Positions 1 through 4,503 of a DNA stretch of 4,503 bases are shown one piece after another. The number at the start of each line of letters is the position of its first letter. Within the stretch, counting starts at the first letter, position 1. The stretch lies in the IMG/VR virus record IMGVR_UViG_2698536435_000005. One strand, 5' to 3'. This DNA is from a virus (lineage: Duplodnaviria > Heunggongvirae > Uroviricota > Caudoviricetes). A model generated the notes under the pieces. That model saw nothing but the letters and a program-made list of their open reading frames with translations, had not been told where the DNA came from and searched no databases. A program made the position numbers and the translations under genes.

Positions 1-25
1 GGGAAAAATATCATCAGATGGCTGC

Positions 26-379
26 TTAAAAAAAGAACAAATGGTAGTGTCCGCTATTGCCAGTACACCTCAATTGCTCTGCGGCTTCGCTCAGAGCTGG
101 CGTATGTTCCCGGCCTACTGATTCACACAGGTAATCAACGAAACCGGACACCAGTTTTCGTTCGCGAGGCGTGATCGCCCCACCGACCGGAGTCCAGTAA
201 TCGAAACCCAGTTGCAGGAGTTTGAAAAAACGCTTGTGGAATGCGTAGTTACACACACGCTTAAAGTCTGCGTGTATCCACTCACCTATTTTGATTTGAT
301 GCAGAAAATCGCAACTCTCCGGCGTCGCCGGGAGAAGTAATCCGGAAGAGGTTTGTTTGACCAGTTGTATATGTGCCAT
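26..379 (-). CDS. hypothetical protein (117 aa from ATG at 379; the track ORF extends to a TTG at 421). Second gene of a two-gene cassette, Cys/His-rich, no family recognised
   Basis: Open frame ending at TAA 26-28. The ATG at 377-379 is preceded by GGAG with a 7-nt spacer (minus strand CCGGAGAAAGCCG-ATG). The alternative TTG at 421 overlaps the upstream stop as TTGA but has no comparable SD. Start choice is uncertain. Confidence 0.5.
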   Translation of the reverse strand: MAHIQLVKQTSSGLLLPATPESCDFLHQIKIGEWIHADFKRVCNYAFHKRFFKLLQLGFDYWTPVGGAITPRERKLVSGFVDYLCESVGREHTPALSEAAEQLRCTGNSGHYHLFFF

Positions 380-417
380 CGGCTTTCTCCGGTGGCACGG
401 TGTTACACAGCAGGAGT

Positions 418-705
418 TCAATCCTGCTCAAGATTGTAGATGAGTTTATTCTTCAGCAAAAGCAGAAAACCAGCCTTAAAACCAATCTCTTTCAAAACCC
501 GTAATGATGTGACAAATTCGTCCTCACGCAAAATAAAACCGTCCGTCAGAAGTCCATTACAAAAATAAAATAACACAGCACCGCTCTTCCTTTGTTGAGA
601 TTGCAAACATCTAATGCGGCAATGGCTGACAATCGCTCCATTCTCAACGCGCACAGCATAGAGGCCATTTTCACTAAAAATTTCACGCAATTCTTCGATT
701 TTCAT
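418..705 (-). CDS. hypothetical protein (95 aa), first gene of the two-gene cassette downstream of hok
   Basis: ATG at 703-705 preceded by GGAAGGA with a ~8-nt spacer; TGA stop at 418-420 overlaps the next start region. Sits downstream of a sigma70-like promoter at 787-814. No family recognised from sequence. Confidence 0.55.
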   Translation of the reverse strand: MKIEELREIFSENGLYAVRVENGAIVSHCRIRCLQSQQRKSGAVLFYFCNGLLTDGFILREDEFVTSLRVLKEIGFKAGFLLLLKNKLIYNLEQD

Positions 706-786
706 CTTCAGAATCCTTCCAGATAAATAGCTCTCCCCTGTTCGGGGTCCATCCCTCTTCTCCCTGCGCGCTACTTAAGTGAGTCG

Positions 787-814
787 ATTCTATCTGCGAA
801 GGTGCGCGAATCAA
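787..814 (-). promoter_or_regulatory. sigma70-like promoter for the downstream two-gene cassette (-35 TTGATT, 16-nt spacer, -10 TAGAAT)
   Basis: Minus-strand TTGATT (revcomp of + 809-814) and TAGAAT (revcomp of + 787-792), just past the hok terminator and ~80 nt upstream of the ATG at 705. Uses the same two hexamers as the hok promoter. Confidence 0.4.
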
Positions 815-825
815 ATTCACCGGAA

Positions 826-877
826 ATAAACAACAAAAAACCCGCCGAAACGCTGAGAGATCACAGCGATGGGCGGG
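826..877 (-). terminator. rho-independent terminator at the 3' end of the hok transcript
   Basis: Minus-strand RNA CCCGCC-CAU-CGCUG-UGAUCUCU-CAGCG-UUUC-GGCGGG (nested GC-rich stems, + 841-877) followed directly by UUUUUUGUUGUUUAUUU (+ 826-840). Confidence 0.6.
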
Positions 878-881
878 TTAA

Positions 882-946
882 GTGCGGGTGCGTTGAGGAT
901 GCCTGACACATCAGAGGTGGGCGGGGATGGGATCAGCTCCCCGCCC
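882..946 (-). promoter_or_regulatory. hok mRNA 3' fold-back region: stem-loop plus an fbi-like element complementary to the mRNA 5' end
   Basis: Perfect 9-bp stem GGGCGGGGA / TCCCCGCCC with a 10-nt loop (919-946), 9 nt after the hok stop. Plus-strand 886-898 GGGTGCGTTGAGG matches the minus-strand leader start GGGTGCTTGAGGC (+ 1268-1280) apart from one extra base, so the mRNA 3' region can pair with its own 5' end as in the fbi/tac arrangement of plasmid R1 hok mRNA. Confidence 0.45.
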
Positions 947-954
947 GGTCACTC

Positions 955-1110
955 TTACTTCCTGGATTCGTAGTCTACGAAGACAGCGACCTCCGTCTGG
1001 CCGGTTCGGATTCGTACCTCACAGAGGTCTTTCCTCGTTACCAGTGCCGTCACTATGACGGTTAAACAGATGACGATCAGGGCGATTAACATCGCCTTTT
1101 GCTGCTTCAT
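955..1110 (-). CDS. hokD: Hok/Gef-family type I toxin (51 aa): MKQQKAMLIALIVICLTVIVTALVTRKDLCEVRIRTGQTEVAVFVDYESRK
   Basis: From memory, near-identical over the first ~45 residues to E. coli HokD (RelF) and Gef (HokC), with a single TM helix and the conserved RKDLCE motif. ATG at 1108-1110 is preceded by AAGGAG with a 9-nt spacer; TAA at 955-957. The frame is open in-frame upstream to an ATG at 1167 (70-aa track ORF), which I read as a mok-like frame fused in-frame to hok. Confidence 0.85.
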   Translation of the reverse strand: MKQQKAMLIALIVICLTVIVTALVTRKDLCEVRIRTGQTEVAVFVDYESRK

Positions 1111-1114
1111 AGCC

Positions 1115-1200
1115 TGCTTCTCCTTGCCTTTCGGCATGTAAGAGGCTAACCTACATGTGCAAAGCATGAAATTGGCCTCAGATTAATGTTAAGCGTCTTG
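1115..1200 (+). ncRNA. candidate Sok-like antisense RNA region (approximate coordinates, not resolved)
   Basis: Inference only. In hok/sok loci Sok is transcribed antisense across the mok start region; here the mok-like ATG (1167) and its GAGG SD lie ~114 nt into the predicted hok mRNA. I could not pin a convincing plus-strand -35/-10 pair or terminator. Confidence 0.25.
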
Positions 1201-1286
1201 CCGGACGCGTAATGTTAACTGGGGCTTTTCTCTATCTGCCTTTTGGTGTTCATGCCTGAAGCAGATAGCCTCAAGCACCCGCAGTC

Positions 1287-1316
1287 ATTCTACTTACCTC
1301 GCCAATATGAAATCAA
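1287..1316 (-). promoter_or_regulatory. hok promoter (-35 TTGATT, 18-nt spacer, -10 TAGAAT)
   Basis: Minus-strand TTGATT (revcomp of + 1311-1316) and TAGAAT (revcomp of + 1287-1292), ~7 nt upstream of GGGTGCTTGAGGCTATCTGC. That leader start resembles, from memory, the 5' end of R1 hok mRNA (GGCGCUUGAGGCUUUCUGCC). Lies 22 nt downstream of the QueH-like stop. Confidence 0.5.
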
Positions 1317-1337
1317 TCAGAAAGGTGCCCCATAAAA

Positions 1338-2024
1338 TCACTCCTTCTCTTCTTTACCGTAGTGGAGTTGACCAATTTTGATAAGAGGGCGTCCCTGAGA
1401 TTTGCGGTGTAGATTGGTATCGCGCAGAGAATACACACAGCCACAATATTCCTGCTGATAGAATTTTTCGCGCTTGCTGATTTCAATCATACGGGACGAG
1501 CCGCCCTGCTTGCGCCAGTTATAATCCCAGTACACCATGCCCGGATAATGCGCGACGGCTCGCCGCCCACAGTCGTTAACCTGCTGCATATTTTTCCAGC
1601 GTGAAATGCCCAGTGAACTGCTGATCACACTGAAACCATTTTCAGCGGCGTACAGCGCTGTCCGCTCAAAACGCATGTCAAAACACATGGTGCAACGGAT
1701 CCCTCGTTCGGGCTCCCATTCCATTCCTTTGGCTCGTTCAAACCAGTTGTCTGTGTCGTAATCAGCATCAATAAACGGCACGCCGTGTTGTTCAGCAAAG
1801 CGAATATTCTCATCCTTACGAATTAAATACTCTTTCTGAGGATGAATGTTCGGGTTGTAGAAAAAGATGGTGTAGTCGATTCCCGAGGCCTGAAGCGCCT
1901 CCATCACCTCACCGGAACATGGAGCACAGCAAGAGTGCAGTAGTAGTTTGTTTGCCCCGTTTGGGAGCTCCAATTTGGGCCGTTTGAAATCAGCAACTGT
2001 CATAAATATGTTTATTGGGGTCAT
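1338..2024 (-). CDS. queH: QueH-like protein (DUF208, putative epoxyqueuosine reductase family), 228 aa, Cys-rich
   Basis: N-terminal [11 protein letters not shown] motif, which I recall as the DUF208/QueH signature, plus further Cys pairs (RCTMCF, YCGCV). TGA stop at 1338-1340. Neither the first ATG (2024) nor the in-frame ATG eight codons later has a recognisable SD, so the start is uncertain. Family call is from motif recall, not alignment. Confidence 0.6.
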   Translation of the reverse strand: MTPINIFMTVADFKRPKLELPNGANKLLLHSCCAPCSGEVMEALQASGIDYTIFFYNPNIHPQKEYLIRKDENIRFAEQHGVPFIDADYDTDNWFERAKGMEWEPERGIRCTMCFDMRFERTALYAAENGFSVISSSLGISRWKNMQQVNDCGRRAVAHYPGMVYWDYNWRKQGGSSRMIEISKREKFYQQEYCGCVYSLRDTNLHRKSQGRPLIKIGQLHYGKEEKE

Positions 2025-2171
2025 AAAAATATCAAAGAGTGTAGCATTAGAACGGGGCTATCGGAAACAGATGTGTGACTGCTCCCCGCCCTTTCGGGTG
2101 GTCTCCTGATGATTTGAGGGTGCAGAAATCCCTCCGGTTAAGGATTAAATTTTTAACAGTGCTAAATTTAA

Positions 2172-2585
2172 TTATTCAGTTCTGGATTTTGTCGCCCTGC
2201 GTATCCGCGCTTTCGCGTTACGCTCAATCTGTATCAGCTTTTCTATATTTCTCCGCCTTTCCTGTTCCTCCTGGCGCAATAGCCTTACATCATCTGCCAG
2301 TCTGGTTTCTCTTTTTGCCACAGAGAGCATCCAGTCAAACGGCTCCACAACCGCACCGCAGATTTTACAGCGGACCTGACGCTCTTTTTCGTCAACCCGT
2401 ACAGAGGCGTGATGGCAATATGGTCTTTCCGATGGCTCATAAAGAAAATTAACCTGATTACGAGGGTTATCCTCTTTTACCGGAAATAAAACAATATTGC
2501 TTAACTCATCTTCTGGTTTTATTTCCATGCTCCTCTCCTTTGATGCGAATGCCAGCGGTAATTGAAGCCTGATAGCTAATTTCAT
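2172..2585 (-). CDS. hypothetical small protein with a putative Zn-ribbon (C-H-H...C-x-x-C) and a basic, coiled-coil-like C-terminus; alternative start at 2528 gives 119 aa
   Basis: The ATG at 2583-2585 abuts the upstream TGA (TGAATG). The in-frame ATG at 2526-2528 has a stronger RBS (AAGGAG, 6-nt spacer). Motif PYCHHASVRVDEKERQVRCKICG; C-terminus rich in R/K/E/Q. Confidence 0.55.
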   Translation of the reverse strand: MKLAIRLQLPLAFASKERSMEIKPEDELSNIVLFPVKEDNPRNQVNFLYEPSERPYCHHASVRVDEKERQVRCKICGAVVEPFDWMLSVAKRETRLADDVRLLRQEEQERRRNIEKLIQIERNAKARIRRATKSRTE

Positions 2586-3008
2586 TCACAGTATCGCCTC
2601 CTGAAAATTACCCTGATAGAAAGCCAGTACACGCTGCATAGCTTCGCTCTTCCGGCACTCGCGACAGATTATATTCAGGCGCCTGTCGTAGCGGCGTATT
2701 TCTCCGTCAGGTAATGACCAGATAAGGTCCGGATCAACAACAACCGGTTTCCTCACCTTTACTCTCGAGAGTTTTTTGCGGGCGCTTTGCCAGTCCTTGC
2801 GAGCCTGTTCAGACGGGAATAAGCCGTAGCCAGAATTATATACATCACCACTTGCGACCAGTTCTATGCATAAGCGACCGACAGACGCACGACTGATACC
2901 TGTTTCATCTGACAACTGCCGAATCGTGACCCGACCGTCCTGATGCACGAGTTCCACAATTCGCGTCTTCAGTTCTTCCCGCTGTTCGGGAGTAAAAGGT
3001 TTCGCCAT
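2586..3008 (-). CDS. ren: HTH protein, probably Ren-like (lambda ren family), 140 aa
   Basis: Sits immediately after the P-equivalent gene, as ren does in lambda. The C-terminal motif CRECRKSEAMQRVLAFY resembles what I recall of lambda Ren (KECRQSAAMKRVLAVY), and the N-terminus has a helix-turn-helix-like segment (TIRQLSDETGISRASVGRL). AGGAGG 4 nt upstream of the ATG at 3008. Confidence 0.6.
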   Translation of the reverse strand: MAKPFTPEQREELKTRIVELVHQDGRVTIRQLSDETGISRASVGRLCIELVASGDVYNSGYGLFPSEQARKDWQSARKKLSRVKVRKPVVVDPDLIWSLPDGEIRRYDRRLNIICRECRKSEAMQRVLAFYQGNFQEAIL

Positions 3009-3022
3009 AAATCCTCCTGAAA

Positions 3023-3769
3023 CTACTTAACAACCCTCGAATGGCTAACATTCGGACGCCAGCTCTCCCAGTTAAAATTCACCCAGCGCCCGCCGTTCAT
3101 GACCATGCGATCCATCACCCGCTCGCCGAGCAATGTTTTCATCACCTCATAGTTCAGGTTTGTCAGCATCCCCACGCTGCGCATCGACGCTGTCCGGCGA
3201 TCAACAATCTGGTGCAGCACCACCTGCTCGTTTTTCGTCTCGCGCTGAATGCCAATTTCATCAAGAACCAGCAGATCCACTTCGCACAGCTCCCGCAAAA
3301 ATTTTTCGCCTGACTGCCCGTCGTCATAGCTGGCGTGCAGGGCGCTCATAACATCAGCCACGGTAACCACAATCACTGTCTGACCGTCTTTCAGCAGGCG
3401 ATTCCCGATAGCTGCCGCTAAGTGATTCTTCCCGGTACCAGGTTTTCCGCTGAACGCAAAATTTGTACACCCGGTCATCAGTTCATCGGCGATGGATTTC
3501 GCCTGGCTTAACGCGTATCGCTGGCCGTCGTTCTGCACCTGGTAATTCGCAAACGAGCATTTACGGTGCAACGGCTGGATGCCTGAGCGATTCAGAATTT
3601 TTTCCACCCGCAACTGGCGATTCAGGCGGTTGATCTCCTCGCTACGTTTCTGGCCTTCAGCAAGTTGCCACTCGCGCCACTCCGCTACCGTTCTGAATGG
3701 GGCGGTTACATGTGGCGGGGTCAGTCGGCGGATGCGTTCCAGAACGCCGCCTGTCGCAATATTTTTCAT
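3023..3769 (-). CDS. dnaC: DnaC-family AAA+ helicase loader (phage P-equivalent replication protein), 248 aa
   Basis: Clear similarity to E. coli DnaC along the whole length, from memory: Walker A FSGKPGTGKNHLAAAIG, Walker B DLLVLDEIG, and RSGIQPLH...CSFANY and MLTNLNYEVM...LGERVMDRM blocks. ATG at 3767-3769 follows the upstream TAA (3776-3778) by two codons. Confidence 0.9.
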   Translation of the reverse strand: MKNIATGGVLERIRRLTPPHVTAPFRTVAEWREWQLAEGQKRSEEINRLNRQLRVEKILNRSGIQPLHRKCSFANYQVQNDGQRYALSQAKSIADELMTGCTNFAFSGKPGTGKNHLAAAIGNRLLKDGQTVIVVTVADVMSALHASYDDGQSGEKFLRELCEVDLLVLDEIGIQRETKNEQVVLHQIVDRRTASMRSVGMLTNLNYEVMKTLLGERVMDRMVMNGGRWVNFNWESWRPNVSHSRVVK

Positions 3770-4123
3770 GGTCCGTTACCCCCTGAAGCCTGGCGGGATC
3801 GCACTGTCCGGCAACGAGACGGTGTTAACCTGTCGGAGCAACGTCTCAGGCCGAACACCTTTCGGCGCGAACAGGCCCTGGTATTCATTGGCGATGCTGT
3901 GTCGAATCACCTGCTCAGGTGTAAAACCCTGCTGACGGAATTTTTCCAGTTCCCGTATCGCCCCGTTAGCGCCCTGCTCCGTTCGAATCGGTTTTCGCAA
4001 TGCCTGTCTGAACCGGACCCACTCATGCCAGAGTGTTTCCGGCAACCAATCGGGCAGCTCAATAGCCTCCGGCTCGAATTTTTTAGACGCTCGTTTTTGG
4101 CGAGGGGGAGATCAGTATTTAGA

Positions 4124-4174
4124 TCTTCCTCTTCCTCTTCCTCTTCCTCTTCCTCTTCCTCTTCCTCTTCCTCT
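4124..4174. repeat. perfect hexanucleotide tandem repeat (TCTTCC)8 + TCT on plus, (GAAGAG)n on minus; encodes Glu16 in minus frame B
   Basis: Read directly: 8.5 identical units with no interruptions, 51 bp. Confidence 0.95.
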
Positions 4175-4198
4175 GGTAACGCTTTTTGATCCGTTTGT

Positions 4199-4217
4199 GT
4201 AACGCTGGCAGCGTTAC
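4199..4217. repeat. perfect 19-bp palindrome GTAACGCTG-G-CAGCGTTAC (dyad GTAACGC-N5-GCGTTAC), with an extra direct half-site GTAACGC at 4176-4182
   Basis: Read directly. Lies inside the initiator gene just upstream (minus sense) of the hexamer repeat. Candidate protein-binding site (iteron or operator). Confidence 0.5.
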
Positions 4218-4406
4218 CTTTTCGTTTCAGTTCGCGTATTTTTGTTACTCGCTCGTTTGTAACCGCCCGTTTTTTTTAGAGCTTTTTCCGTTATGACGTT
4301 CAAAGTTAGGTAGAGAAAGCCCTCCGTCATTTTCGACCAGCCATCCAACCTGAATTAACGCATCAGCAAAACCAGACATAAAAGTGATGCGATCTATTGC
4401 ACTTTT

Positions 4407-4427
4407 TGTAACGCCGCGAGCGTTACA
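4407..4427. repeat. second copy of the same dyad: TGTAACGC-CGCGA-GCGTTACA
   Basis: Read directly. Shares the GTAACGC-N5-GCGTTAC half-sites and spacing with the 4199-4217 palindrome, ~210 bp away, inside the initiator N-terminal coding segment. Confidence 0.5.
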
Positions 4428-4503
4428 ATCTGCATTACCGTCTGGATTTGCCCCTATATTTCCAGACATCTGTTATCACTTAACCCATTACAAGCCCGCT
4501 GCC

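Larger units (their letters stand above)
3776..4469 (-). pseudogene. replication initiator / helicase-loader partner gene (O-equivalent, DnaT-like C-terminal region), split over three reading frames
   Basis: Three consecutive open segments. Frame A 4469->4248 (74 aa, stop TAA 4245-4247). Frame B open from 4275 through the Glu16 repeat with no start codon of its own. Frame C open from 4111 to TAA 3776-3778 (track ORF 3776..4045 begins at a TTG without an RBS). Each junction would be restored by adding one base in a homopolymer (A8 at 4270-4277; C5 at 4104-4108 or A5 at 4094-4098). Position directly upstream of the DnaC-like gene supports an initiator role; the family call is tentative. Confidence 0.45.

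Noticed and set aside
955-1167. The 70-aa track ORF as a protein separate from Hok
   Set aside because: It is the same frame as hok with a 19-codon N-terminal extension. The 51-aa Hok with its own AAGGAG RBS is the conserved unit; the extension is treated as the mok-like frame.
1625-1813. Minus-strand 62-aa ORF
   Set aside because: Falls inside the QueH-like CDS in another frame; no independent support.
2086-2134. Hairpins CCGCCC-UUUC-GGGUGG and GAGGG-N9-CCCUC as intrinsic terminators
   Set aside because: Neither is followed by a U-tract on either strand, and the stems are short.
2075-2452. Plus-strand ORF, 125 aa
   Set aside because: Overlaps the minus-strand Zn-ribbon gene almost entirely, has low-complexity hydrophobic content and no RBS; read as an antisense shadow.
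4124-4174. Possible CRISPR array
   Set aside because: The repeat unit is 6 bp with no spacers; it is a microsatellite, not a CRISPR array.
3041-4189. Plus-strand ORFs 3041..3313, 3133..3351, 3579..3935 and 3665..4189 (the last contains a poly-Ser run from the hexamer repeat)
   Set aside because: They lie antisense to the DnaC-like and initiator genes, whose minus-strand frames carry strong family motifs. The poly-Ser is a repeat artefact, and none has a convincing RBS.
4112-4213. Alternative reading of the hexamer repeat as an (Arg-Gly)n tract in the frame of the C-terminal segment
   Set aside because: That frame has stops at 4214-4216 and 4112-4114, so it cannot connect to either flanking segment. 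The Glu16 frame is the one that stays open on both sides.
1-4503. Mobile-element boundaries (att sites, integrase, IS elements), tRNA or rRNA genes
   Set aside because: No integrase or transposase-like ORF, terminal inverted repeats or tRNA-like structure recognised. The window appears internal to a prophage, so no mobile-element feature is called.

Overview
All convincing genes are on the minus strand and read like the early-right (replication to nin-region) arm of a lambdoid enterobacterial prophage. In transcription order (high to low coordinates): a replication-initiator gene that is broken across three reading frames (4469->3776), a DnaC-family helicase loader (3769->3023), a Ren-like HTH protein (3008->2586), a small Zn-ribbon protein (2585->2172), a Cys-rich QueH-like (DUF208) protein (2024->1338), a complete hok/sok-type type I toxin-antitoxin locus (1316->826), and a two-gene overlapping cassette of unknown function with its own promoter (814->26). 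Plus-strand ORFs in the track are antisense shadows of these genes. The most unusual region is the interior of the initiator gene: it holds a (GAAGAG)8 repeat encoding Glu16, two copies of a GTAACGC-N5-GCGTTAC dyad, and two frame breaks that each sit next to a homopolymer run. Family assignments are from motif recall and gene order only; no database search was possible.
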